Source: Nitrospinales bacterium | GTDB taxonomy: Bacteria; Nitrospinota; Nitrospinia; Nitrospinales; VA-1 | Assembly: GCA_965262115.1 (NCBI GenBank) | Contig: OZ253496.1 | Span: 416,001-480,000, forward strand | Direction: 5' to 3' | DNA: 64,000 nucleotides | Shown here: piece by piece, positions 1 through 8,705 of the stretch | Layout: each line of letters opens with the position of its first letter | Numbering within the stretch: position 1 is the stretch's first letter | Position numbers and translations under genes: made by a program | Notes under the pieces: generated by a model | What the model was told of the DNA's origin: nothing | What the model saw: only the letters and a program-made list of their open reading frames with translations | Database searches by the model: none

Positions 1-523
1 CATGCTCCCATCTTCCACTAATACTCGAAGTCCCCGTGAAGCGTCCCGCGGTAAACTGTCAGGGAGGACTCAGGAAATCCAAAGACTCATCGGCCGCTCA
101 CTGCGTACGGTCATCGACCTTGAGAAACTGGGTGAGCGCACCATCTGGCTCGACTGCGATGTCATTCAGGCGGATGGCGGCACCCGTTGTGCTTCCATTA
201 CAGGAGCCTTCATGGCAACCGTTCTGGCCTTGAAAAAATTGAAAAAGGAAAAGTTGATCGACGAACTTCCGATCAAAGATTATGTCGCCGCGATCAGTGT
301 CGGCATCGTCAATGAGAAAAAAATGCTCGACCTGGATTACTCGGAAGACTCCACCGCTGAGGTCGACCTCAATATCGTCAAAACCGGGTCCGGAGGATAT
401 GTCGAAATTCAGGGAACTGCTGAACAGGAACCCTTCGACGATAAACAATTGGAGGGCCTTCTCAAACTCGCCGATAAAGGCATCAAAGAACTCATTGCCC
501 TCCAGAAAAAAACCGTTGGCTAG
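1..523 (+). CDS. rph: Ribonuclease PH (5'-truncated by window edge)
   Basis: Motifs [49 protein letters not shown]. Confidence 0.97.
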   Translation, partial: MLPSSTNTRSPREASRGKLSGRTQEIQRLIGRSLRTVIDLEKLGERTIWLDCDVIQADGGTRCASITGAFMATVLALKKLKKEKLIDELPIKDYVAAISVGIVNEKKMLDLDYSEDSTAEVDLNIVKTGSGGYVEIQGTAEQEPFDDKQLEGLLKLADKGIKELIALQKKTVG

Positions 524-590
524 CCACCACTAGGCGTGGAGCCAATGAGCCATAGCGTTAATGATCTGGCAAAGAATTGTCTCGGCTTAA
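520..590 (+). repeat. ~70-bp dispersed repeat, copy 1, beginning at the CTAG that contains the rph stop
   Basis: ctagccaccactaggcgtggagcca...ctggcaaagaattgtctcggcttaa; aligns by eye with 895-1002 (reverse strand), 4700-4768 and 5702-5762. Confidence 0.8.
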
Positions 591-615
591 CCGGCGATCC
601 ACTAGGGGAAGATCA

Positions 616-661
616 TCCTCTCCCCTCATGGGGAGAGGTAAGGCGTAGCCGCGGTGAGGGG
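616..661. repeat. REP-like GC-rich palindrome
   Basis: cctctcccc-tcat-ggggagagg hairpin followed by ggtgagggg. Confidence 0.6.
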
Positions 662-894
662 TTGCTATTATCCCCCATTCATCTTCCAGCCATCGCCCAC
701 AAGGCCGGGCTACTCCCTCTACTCGCCGTAGCGATAGTGTTCATTTCCTTGGCCCAGGCAATCCAACATCCTCACATAGTTAACTTCCCCTGGTTGAGTG
801 GACAGTTAGTTAAGAGGCATTAGCCTTCATGCCCGGAACGGGTACTTCGTAGAATGGGGAGCAAACCACCCCCTCTCAAAAACAGTGAGTTTTA

Positions 895-1002
895 TTAAGC
901 CGAGACAACTCTTGCCAGCCAATAAAGGCTATTTACCCCTGCGGGGCACGAAGTTTAAGGAAGAATATTACGGCTACTGGCCCCACGCCGAGTGGCGCCT
1001 AG
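895..1002 (-). repeat. ~70-bp dispersed repeat, copy 2 (inverted to copy 1), interrupted by a 39-bp insertion
   Basis: Reverse complement without 934-972 reads ctaggcgccactcggcgtggggccagtagc|aatagcctttattggctggcaagagttgtctcggcttaa; starts at the CTAG containing the nth stop. Confidence 0.8.
934..972 (+). mobile_element. 39-bp micro-element, copy A
   Basis: tacccctgcggggcacgaagtttaaggaagaatattacg; ungapped 39-nt match to 8379-8417 and 8476-8514(-). Confidence 0.7.
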
Positions 1003-1649
1003 CGGTGTTTGACCACACCAATTTTCGGGCAGGTGTCGGCAATGGTGCAGGACCCGCAAAACGGCGAGACCGGTTTGCAGATGTTCTGGCCAAAGGTCAC
1101 CAGCAAATCGTTATAGCCTTTCCAGTAGCGCCGGGGTAGTTTGTTTCTCAATACCATTTCGGTTTCGTCTGGTGATTTAGTTTTGACATAACCCCAGCGG
1201 TTGGAAATGCGGTGGACGTGGATGTCCACGCAGATTCCCGGTTTGTTGTGTCCCAGAATCAAAGTCAGGTTGGCGGTTTTGCGCCCCACCCCATTCAGCT
1301 TTAAAAGCTCTTCCAATTTATCGGGAACCTTCCCTTCGTAATTGTCCACCAGGTCTTTACAAAGTTCCTTTAACGATTGAGACTTGTTGCGAAAAAATGC
1401 CGCCGGATAAATGGCCTTTTCTATTTTTGCGTTGGAAAGCTTCATCAATTGGGCCGGATTTTTCGCTAGTTTAAATAACCGGGCCGAGGCGGGTTCGGTG
1501 ACCTCATCCCGGGTCCTCAGGCTGATGATGCAACTGACCAGCACCGTAAAAGGATCGTTCTTCTGGCTGATGACGGTTACACTTGGAGTTCGAAAATCAC
1601 GAACTGCCTTCTTCACCCTGACTAAAACCTCGCTGATGGGAAATTCCAT
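999..1649 (-). CDS. nth: Endonuclease III (HhH-GPD, 4Fe-4S)
   Basis: LNGVGRKTAN HhH, VDIHVHRISNR, C-terminal CKPVSPFCGSCTIADTC; start taken at MEFPIS. Confidence 0.93.
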   Translation of the reverse strand: MEFPISEVLVRVKKAVRDFRTPSVTVISQKNDPFTVLVSCIISLRTRDEVTEPASARLFKLAKNPAQLMKLSNAKIEKAIYPAAFFRNKSQSLKELCKDLVDNYEGKVPDKLEELLKLNGVGRKTANLTLILGHNKPGICVDIHVHRISNRWGYVKTKSPDETEMVLRNKLPRRYWKGYNDLLVTFGQNICKPVSPFCGSCTIADTCPKIGVVKHR

Positions 1650-1795
1650 GAGTATCCTCGCAGGCCCACTGTTTTTGCCCTGAAAAGCAATTCTTATTAG
1701 TAAAAAAGCGTTGATTTTGCTAGTATAAGAGCTTTTAAAAAACCCATCCCCCCACAAGCGGTTAGGGTGAACCTTTAAACCCGGATTTTAAGAAA

Positions 1796-2284
1796 ATGCA
1801 GCATACCATTTCTGTGTTATTGAACAACCGTTTCGGTGTTTTGTCTCGCGTGTCAGGTCTTTTCAGTAGCCGTGGTTTCAATATAGAAAGCCTGAATGTC
1901 GCAGAAACTTCCGATCCAACAGTTTCCCGCATGACCATAGTTACCATCGGTGATAATGCCAAGATTGAGCAGGTCACCAAACAACTTAACAAACTCGTTG
2001 ATGTAATAAAGGTCATTGACCTGACCGAGGAAAGTTTTGTTGATCGGGAATTATTGCTGATCAAGATGAACGCGGAAGTCCGGGTCAGGGAAGAGATCCT
2101 CATAATCGTGGATCTGTTTCGGGCCAAAGTTGTCGATGTGAGCCCCAGCACCTACACCATTGAGATCACCGGCGACGAAGGAAAACTAACTGGCTTTCTG
2201 GATATGTTGAGTCCTTTGGGAATCAAAGAAATCGTCCGGTCTGGAAGAATTGCTATCGGTCGGGGAAACAAATCGATCAATTAA
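1796..2284 (+). CDS. ilvN: Acetolactate synthase small (regulatory) subunit
   Basis: GVLSRVSGLFSSRGFNIESL ACT domain, KQLNKLVDVIKV. Confidence 0.96.
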   Translation: MQHTISVLLNNRFGVLSRVSGLFSSRGFNIESLNVAETSDPTVSRMTIVTIGDNAKIEQVTKQLNKLVDVIKVIDLTEESFVDRELLLIKMNAEVRVREEILIIVDLFRAKVVDVSPSTYTIEITGDEGKLTGFLDMLSPLGIKEIVRSGRIAIGRGNKSIN

Positions 2285-2311
2285 TTTTGCACTAAGATAA
2301 GGAGAACCGTT

Positions 2312-3313
2312 TTGTCTAAGATTTTTTATAACAAAGATGCGGACATCAAAATCTTAAAGAAGAAAACCATTGCCATCATTGGTTACGGCAGCCAGGGGCA
2401 CGCCCATGCCAGAAACCTCCACGATAGTGGAATGAAAGTGATCGTTGGCCTGAGAAAAGGTAGCGCTTTCTGGAAGAGAGCCCAAAAGGATGGCCTGAAT
2501 GTCATGACCGTCGCCGAGGCCACTAAAAAAGCCGATATCATGATGATCCTGATTCCCGATGACAAACAAAAAGCCATGTATGAAAAAGATATTGAGCCTA
2601 ACTTAACAAAAGGTATGTCTCTGGCGTGGGGACATGGATTCAATATCCACTTTGGACAAATTGTTCCGCCGAAAGATGTCGATGTATTCATGATCGCCCC
2701 AAAAGGTCCTGGTCATCTGGTCAGGAGAACCTTTGAGCAGGGCGCAGGCGTTCCCTGCCTGATGGCGGTTCACCAGAACGTTACCAAAAATGCGAGAAAG
2801 ATAGCCCTCGCCTATGCCAAGGGCATCGGCGGGACCCGTGCAGGTGTTCTGGAAACTGATTTCAGGGAAGAAACCGAAACCGACCTGTTTGGAGAACAGG
2901 CCGTATTGTGCGGAGGTGTTTCCGAATTGATCCGCGCCGGTTACGACACTCTGGTCGATGCCGGATACAATCCGGATCTTGCTTATTTTGAATGCCTCCA
3001 TGAACTAAAACTGATTGTCGACCTTATCTACGAAGGTGGTATCGGCAATATGCGTTATTCCATCAGCACCACCGCCGCCTATGGCGACGTGACCCGCGGA
3101 CCACGAATCATCACTCAGGAAACCCGTGCGGAAATGAAGCGGATTCTGGGCGAGATTCAGAGCGGAGCCTTCGCCAAAGAGTTTATTCTGGAAAACCTGG
3201 CCAACCGCCCACTGTTTAATGCACGACTGGCACAGGATAAAAAACATCGTATCGAGCAGGTCGGAGAAAAGCTCAGGAAAATGATGCCTTTCGTTGGCAA
3301 GAAGGTGCAGTAG
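2312..3313 (+). CDS. ilvC: Ketol-acid reductoisomerase
   Basis: [41 protein letters not shown] start after AAGGAG. Confidence 0.98.
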   Translation: MSKIFYNKDADIKILKKKTIAIIGYGSQGHAHARNLHDSGMKVIVGLRKGSAFWKRAQKDGLNVMTVAEATKKADIMMILIPDDKQKAMYEKDIEPNLTKGMSLAWGHGFNIHFGQIVPPKDVDVFMIAPKGPGHLVRRTFEQGAGVPCLMAVHQNVTKNARKIALAYAKGIGGTRAGVLETDFREETETDLFGEQAVLCGGVSELIRAGYDTLVDAGYNPDLAYFECLHELKLIVDLIYEGGIGNMRYSISTTAAYGDVTRGPRIITQETRAEMKRILGEIQSGAFAKEFILENLANRPLFNARLAQDKKHRIEQVGEKLRKMMPFVGKKVQ

Positions 3314-3319
3314 AAACCC

Positions 3320-3952
3320 ATGCACATTCCTATTGCTAAAGAGGGGTACATGTTCATCCTTCCCCTCGCTGTTTTAACGGGTGTTTTCTGGGCTTTGTCC
3401 TGGTTGTGGGCCGCCGGACTTTTTGGTGGACTCTTCCTCTTCGTCACCTGGTTTTTTCGTGACCCTGAAAGAACTATTCCCGAAGACCATAATGCCATCG
3501 TTTCACCGGGGGATGGCAGGATCGTCGAAATTGTGCCAGAAAAGGACCCGCTACTTGAGAAAGACGGCTATACACGAATCAGTGTTTTCCTGAATGTGTT
3601 TAACGTTCATGTCAATCGGGTACCCATCGCCGGGAAAATTCAAGCCTATCGCTATAACAAAGGAAAGTTTTTCAACGCCGCCAGCCACAAGGCTTCTATG
3701 GATAACGAACAAAGCGCTATCCTATTGAATAATGGTCATGTTACAATTTTAGTGAAGCAAATCGCCGGATTGATCGCCCGTAGAATTGTATGCTGGGCAA
3801 AAGAGGGCGATGAGTATCAACGCGGACAACGCTACGGCTTAATCCGTTTCGGCTCACGCATGGATGTTTTTGTGCCCGAAGGCACTGACATTAAAGTCAC
3901 AGTTGGCGATATTGTCAGCGGTGGAAGCTCCGTCATTGGATATTTAAAGTAG
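3320..3952 (+). CDS. psd: Phosphatidylserine decarboxylase (short type)
   Basis: FFRDPER, FNVHVNRVP, IRFGSRMD (GS cleavage site); next to pssA. Confidence 0.93.
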   Translation: MHIPIAKEGYMFILPLAVLTGVFWALSWLWAAGLFGGLFLFVTWFFRDPERTIPEDHNAIVSPGDGRIVEIVPEKDPLLEKDGYTRISVFLNVFNVHVNRVPIAGKIQAYRYNKGKFFNAASHKASMDNEQSAILLNNGHVTILVKQIAGLIARRIVCWAKEGDEYQRGQRYGLIRFGSRMDVFVPEGTDIKVTVGDIVSGGSSVIGYLK

Positions 3953-3959
3953 GAAAGGC

Positions 3960-4703
3960 ATGGAACCTAAAAAAGGCATTCATATCCTCCCCAGTTTGTT
4001 CACCACGGGAAATGTATTCTGTGGATTCTACGCCTTTGTCGCGGTACTGAATGAGCAGTTTTATTACGCCGCCTGGGCCATCGCGGTAGGAATGATTTTT
4101 GACGGACTCGATGGCCGCATCGCCCGGCTGACTAAAACCACCAGCGCTTTCGGCGAACAATACGATTCTTTGGCAGACATCATCACCTTTGGCATGGCCC
4201 CTGCCTTCCTTGCCTACTCATGGGTATTAAAACCATTCGGTCGGTTGGGTTGGATGGCAGCTTTCCTGTTTCTGCTTTGTGCCGCTCTAAGACTGGCCCG
4301 GTTCAATGTGACCAAACCAGAAATTCGCAGTCATCATTTCATCGGCTTGCCAAGTCCGGCGGCAGCGGTGGTGATCGCATCTATCGTTATTGCTTTTGAA
4401 GACCTGTTTGCCACACGCATGAATCCGTTCATCATGGTGATGGTGGTTTATACTCTGGCGTTTCTTATGGTCAGCAATATTAAATACCCCGCCTTCAAAC
4501 AGTTTGACTTTAAAAAACGGGTGGTGTTTCCCCGTTTCCTGTTCGTGATTTTATTCATTTATGTTCTGGCAACCATACCGCGGGTTGCATTGTTCATTCT
4601 TGGTATCAGCTACGCCGTTATGGGCCCGATTAGCTTATTGTTAACAAATAGAAAACTGGCGGCGGAGTCCAATGAAACTTCTCCTCCTGTTAACAACCAT
4701 TAG
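3960..4703 (+). CDS. pssA: CDP-diacylglycerol--serine O-phosphatidyltransferase
   Basis: DGLDGRIARL...FGEQYDSLAD motif, RLARFN, FIGLPSPA. Confidence 0.95.
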   Translation: MEPKKGIHILPSLFTTGNVFCGFYAFVAVLNEQFYYAAWAIAVGMIFDGLDGRIARLTKTTSAFGEQYDSLADIITFGMAPAFLAYSWVLKPFGRLGWMAAFLFLLCAALRLARFNVTKPEIRSHHFIGLPSPAAAVVIASIVIAFEDLFATRMNPFIMVMVVYTLAFLMVSNIKYPAFKQFDFKKRVVFPRFLFVILFIYVLATIPRVALFILGISYAVMGPISLLLTNRKLAAESNETSPPVNNH

Positions 4704-4768
4704 TCCACTGGCGTGGAGCCAGTTGCAATCACTTTATCTGGCTAGCAAAGAGTTTTGGCGGCCAATAA
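4700..4768 (+). repeat. ~70-bp dispersed repeat, copy 3, beginning at the pssA TAG stop
   Basis: ttagtccactggcgtggagccagttgcaatcactttatctggctagcaaagagtt... Confidence 0.7.
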
Positions 4769-4808
4769 GCTCTTGCTAGTTCCCTCTCTCGAGAGTGAGG
4801 ATTTGTAG

Positions 4809-5705
4809 ATGTCATGGATAGATAAAATCAAAGCCGGGATCGGCGGAAAAAAAACCGCCAAGAACGAAGATCTCTGGGCCGAGTGCAAAAAATGCAAGGG
4901 GCAGATCTATATTGCCGAACTGGAAACCAACTTGAAGGTCTGCCCCCACTGCGATTGCCATTTTCGTCTGGAAACCCGCCAACGTATCCATCAACTCATA
5001 GACCATGAATCGTTTAAAGAACACGATCAGAGTCTGACCGCCTCTGATCCGTTAAAATTCAAAGACACAAAAAAATATAAGGACCGTATCAAATCATCAG
5101 CTAAAAAAGGCCTTTCCAGCGATGCGGTGATCACCGGATCTGGAACTATTGAAGGTCTACCCATCGAACTCTGCGTCTTCGACTTCAGTTTCATGGGAGG
5201 AAGCATGGGTTCGGTAGTGGGAGAAAAAATCACCCGCGCCATCGAACGCGCCATTGAAAATAAATCAGCCCTGATTATTGCAAGCTCTTCCGGCGGCGCA
5301 AGAATGCAAGAGGGCATTTTTTCTCTTATGCAGATGGCTAAAACTTCTTCGGCTCTCAGCAAGCTGAGCAGCCAGAAAATTCCTTATATCTCCATCTTGA
5401 CAGACCCCACCATGGGCGGTGTCTCGGCCAGTTTTTCCATGTTGGGGGATATCATCCTCGCCGAACCGGGCGCACTGATCGGGTTTGCCGGACCGCGTGT
5501 CATCGAACAAACCATCAAACAGAAACTCCCTGAAGGATTCCAAACCGCCGAGTTTCTACTGGACCACGGTCTCATCGATAACGTCGTCCATCGTAAAGAC
5601 CTGAAATCCAGTCTCGCACTATTGCTCAAGATGCTGAAAAACAACCCCGCCGAAGAGTATGAAGAACCCACTCTCACTAAACCCCATGAATTCCTCGGCG
5701 CCTAG
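4809..5705 (+). CDS. accD: Acetyl-CoA carboxylase carboxyltransferase beta subunit
   Basis: N-terminal C4 zinc finger, FMGGSMGSVVGEKI, SGGARMQEG, GFAGPRVIEQTI. Confidence 0.97.
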   Translation: MSWIDKIKAGIGGKKTAKNEDLWAECKKCKGQIYIAELETNLKVCPHCDCHFRLETRQRIHQLIDHESFKEHDQSLTASDPLKFKDTKKYKDRIKSSAKKGLSSDAVITGSGTIEGLPIELCVFDFSFMGGSMGSVVGEKITRAIERAIENKSALIIASSSGGARMQEGIFSLMQMAKTSSALSKLSSQKIPYISILTDPTMGGVSASFSMLGDIILAEPGALIGFAGPRVIEQTIKQKLPEGFQTAEFLLDHGLIDNVVHRKDLKSSLALLLKMLKNNPAEEYEEPTLTKPHEFLGA

Positions 5706-5762
5706 CTACTAGCCGTAGGGAATGGCTTTTATTGGCTGACAAATAGTCATCTCGGCTTAATA
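5702..5762 (+). repeat. ~70-bp dispersed repeat, copy 4 (degenerate 5' half), beginning at the accD CTAG stop
   Basis: ggcttttattggctgacaaatagtcatctcggcttaata matches the 3' half of copies 1 and 2. Confidence 0.65.
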
Positions 5763-5767
5763 CAGCC

Positions 5768-5926
5768 TTACTGAAAAGCAGGGGTCGCATCGTAGTCAGC
5801 AAGTAATCTGGTGATTTCGTTTTGGAAGGTCACAAATGGCCGGGTACCGCTGATGAGCATTCCAGTCACGGAGTTATCGGTGGTGTAACCCAATACAAAA
5901 GCCGGGGTACCCCTTCCTGCGTTCGC
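5768..5926 (-). pseudogene. 3' remnant of a DsbA/thioredoxin-fold gene (no start, no CxxC)
   Basis: Manual translation ANAGRGTPAFVLGYTTDNSVTGMLISGTRPFVTFQNEITRLLADYDATPAFQ*; GTP cis-Pro loop and G..P...F...I..LL C-terminal pattern. Confidence 0.6.
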
Positions 5927-5928
5927 GG

Positions 5929-6888
5929 TTAGCAGCCGAGGCTTTTGATGGTATCTTCGATCGACATGGCGATACAGGTGAAGATGGGGGTATCCTCTTT
6001 CACATACCGGCTTCCTTCCGTTTCTCGCAACTCCTGAACCAGGTCTAGGAAATCGTCCGGAGAATCCGATTCGAAAGCCACCACGAACTCATAGTCATCG
6101 ATGCCAAAACTGTAGGTCGTGTTCAATTTGACGGTGGGATATTTGTTGCCAATATAAATATGCTCGTCCATGATCCCCTGACGGGTGAACTGAGTCAGCA
6201 GATACCACTCGCGCGTCTTGACGAAAGGATAGATGAAAAGATATTTCGCCTTGCCCGGAATGATATGCGTACGGTCTTCTTCATGCTCCGGATTGATGAA
6301 GTCCATATACATCGATCGCTTGGTCATGGAAAGATAGCTGTACTGAACATTCAAATATTTCCCCAATCCGGTCTGCAATATCCGGGTGGTCATTTTCTGG
6401 AACTCTTCCATGCTGTAGCAGATGCGCCATATCATGATATCGACATCACCACGAATTCCGACCATGGAATAACACAGTAGAATCATGTCTGAACTGTTGT
6501 CATATTCCTCAAGAATATCGATGAACTCCTTCACACCTTTATCGCGCTCTTCCTGAGGCAATCTGCGAAAAGCAGGGTCGAGCTTGTAAAACGTGAAACT
6601 AACGTATTGACGTTGGACGGGTGGTTCACCACCATTAGCTTTCTGTGCTTCTTCTCGCTTTTTGCGAGCGGCTTCCATGGCTTCGCCTTCGCGTTCCTGA
6701 CGGGCACGCGAAACCACTCCATCATCCACCACCGCGATGCTCTTGTCCTTGGCATACTGCTCGATACCGCGCACCACACTCTTGCGGACAAAAAACGGAA
6801 CATTCTTCATGCGGGTCTGGGCCTCATCGGTCCATTCCAGCTCCAACTCAGGCATGAATTCTTCTAATTCTTTATCGTCAATACTCAT
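5929..6888 (-). CDS. Chlorite dismutase/coproheme decarboxylase (ChdC/HemQ)-family protein with N-terminal PCP_red-like domain
   Basis: N-term WTDEAQTRMKNVPFFVRKSVVRGIEQYA; C-term IYPFVKTREWYLL, proximal MDEH, VKLNTTYSFGIDDYEF. Confidence 0.85.
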   Translation of the reverse strand: MSIDDKELEEFMPELELEWTDEAQTRMKNVPFFVRKSVVRGIEQYAKDKSIAVVDDGVVSRARQEREGEAMEAARKKREEAQKANGGEPPVQRQYVSFTFYKLDPAFRRLPQEERDKGVKEFIDILEEYDNSSDMILLCYSMVGIRGDVDIMIWRICYSMEEFQKMTTRILQTGLGKYLNVQYSYLSMTKRSMYMDFINPEHEEDRTHIIPGKAKYLFIYPFVKTREWYLLTQFTRQGIMDEHIYIGNKYPTVKLNTTYSFGIDDYEFVVAFESDSPDDFLDLVQELRETEGSRYVKEDTPIFTCIAMSIEDTIKSLGC

Positions 6889-7067
6889 AGTTTGTTCTCA
6901 ATATAAATGGGTTTCGGAAGCCGACATTATATCTAAAACTCCATGAAAATAAAAGCCCTATTCCCCACCCCTCAAGGTGGCACTATTTCAAGGTTGCACC
7001 TAGCGAAAGCGCTTTTTAAGGCCTAAGTTAGTAGTGAGTAAATATCAGGATAAATGAGGGATTTTAT

Positions 7068-8303
7068 ATGGACTCTACCACTACCTCTTCGAGTGCACAA
7101 AGCTTTATCGACCTCGAAAATGAGTTTGGGGCAAACAACTACAGGCCTCTTGATGTCGTATTAGCCCGGGGCCAGGGCGTCTGGGTCTGGGATGTGGAAG
7201 GTAAAAGATACATGGATATGCTGGCATCGTATTCCGCCCTCAACCAGGGGCACTGCCATCCCCGCATCCTGAATGCCCTCACCGAACAAGCCAAAAAGCT
7301 TACCCTGGTTTCCCGGGCTTTCCGTAACGATCAGTTGGGTCCCTTCTATATAGAAATCTGCGAGATGACCAACTCACACAGCGTTTTGCCGATGAACAGC
7401 GGTGCCGAGGCCGTCGAAACCGCCCTCAAAGCCGCCCGCAAGTGGGGCTATAGGATTAAAGAAATCCCCGACGACATGGCCGAGATCATCGTCTGCGCCA
7501 ATAATTTTCATGGCCGGACCACCACCATCGTCGGCTTCAGCTCCGAACATCAATACCGGGACGGGTTCGGCCCCTTCGCGCCCGGATTCATCACCATCCC
7601 CTTCGGGGATGCGGAAGCCCTGGAATGGGCCATCACCCCCAATACTGTAGCCTTTCTGGTGGAACCCATTCAGGGCGAAGGCGGTATCATCATCCCACCC
7701 CACGGTTATTTGAAAAAAGTACGCGAAATCTGTGACCGCAATAACGTTTTGCTCATCCTCGACGAGATCCAGACAGTGCTCGGCAGAACGGGCAAACTTT
7801 TCGCCGAAGAACACGAGGGCATCGAGTCCGACCTTACACTGGTAGGCAAAGCGCTCTCGGGTGGAGTCTACCACGTCTCCGCCGTGCTCTCTAATAAGGA
7901 GGCCCTGGCCGTTTTCGAGCCCGGGGACCACGGCAGCACCTTCGGCGGCAACCCCCTCGCGTGCGCCGTGGCACGCGAAGCATTGGCAGTCATAGAAGAT
8001 GAAAATCTCGTTGAAAGATCCCTATTTATGGGGCATTACCTTAAGGAATCTCTCAGGAATATTATCTCACCTTACGTCAAAGAAGTGCGCGGCATGGGAC
8101 TTCTGATCGGGGTCGAACTGAAGAAATCCGCTGGCGGTGCAAGGAAGTTCTGCGAAGCGCTGATGGAGAAAGGCATCCTCTGCAAAGAGACGCAGAAACA
8201 CGTGATCCGTTTCGCCCCACCACTCACCATCACCAAAGAAGAACTCGACTGGGCCCTCGAACGCATCGAGAGTGTATTGACCCCCATCAATAAACACCGA
8301 TAA
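7068..8303 (+). CDS. rocD: Ornithine--oxo-acid aminotransferase
   Basis: [57 protein letters not shown]. Confidence 0.95.
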   Translation: MDSTTTSSSAQSFIDLENEFGANNYRPLDVVLARGQGVWVWDVEGKRYMDMLASYSALNQGHCHPRILNALTEQAKKLTLVSRAFRNDQLGPFYIEICEMTNSHSVLPMNSGAEAVETALKAARKWGYRIKEIPDDMAEIIVCANNFHGRTTTIVGFSSEHQYRDGFGPFAPGFITIPFGDAEALEWAITPNTVAFLVEPIQGEGGIIIPPHGYLKKVREICDRNNVLLILDEIQTVLGRTGKLFAEEHEGIESDLTLVGKALSGGVYHVSAVLSNKEALAVFEPGDHGSTFGGNPLACAVAREALAVIEDENLVERSLFMGHYLKESLRNIISPYVKEVRGMGLLIGVELKKSAGGARKFCEALMEKGILCKETQKHVIRFAPPLTITKEELDWALERIESVLTPINKHR

Positions 8304-8378
8304 CAAAGAATAAATCCCTCCCTTGGTAAGGAGACCTTTGCGTAAGTCAAAAAATCGAAGAATCGAGATGCTTCGACA

Positions 8379-8417
8379 TACCCCTCCGGGGCAAGAAAGC
8401 AATGGTTAAATATCACT
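8379..8417 (+). mobile_element. 39-bp micro-element, copy B
   Basis: tacccctccggggcaagaaagcaatggttaaatatcact. Confidence 0.65.
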
Positions 8418-8475
8418 AGCTCAGCATGACAATACTGGGCCATTTTGTCATTCTGAAGAGCGTACGCGATGAAGA

Positions 8476-8514
8476 CGTGATATTTTTCCCTAACCTTCGT
8501 GCCCCGGAGGGGTA
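8476..8514 (-). mobile_element. 39-bp micro-element, copy C
   Basis: Reverse complement tacccctccggggcacgaaggttagggaaaaatatcacg. Confidence 0.7.
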
Positions 8515-8705
8515 ATCTCGGGTTATGCAAAGCTCTCCTTGTCAGGGGAGGAGCTTTTTAAATTATCCCAATTCGTACTTGTGGTCAATCATCCCGGCCC
8601 ATGCTTGAGGTAAATCACCCCAGCCCTTGTGATATTCCTTCACCAGTTCTCATGCCCGGTACGGGTACTTTTAAAAGAAGGGTTTTTATCTGTGTCTATC
8701 TGTGT

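Larger units (their letters stand above)
8313..8560. repeat. Cluster of nested REP/MITE-like palindromes between rocD and the ABC binding-protein gene
   Basis: Outer imperfect inverted pair ccctcccttggtaaggaga / tctccttgtcaggggagg; inner gagatgcttcgaca|agctcagcatgaca and gtcattctgaagagcgtacgcgatgaaga|atctc, each split by a 39-bp unit. Confidence 0.7.

Noticed and set aside
536..1139. ORFs 536-823 and 885-1139 (also 8072-8530) sharing LPLRGTK-like peptides
   Set aside because: They are translations of non-coding repeat DNA, and two of them are partly antisense to nth or rocD
5929..6888. Functional chlorite dismutase (cld)
   Set aside because: The distal Arg is not visible and the motifs fit ChdC-like proteins better
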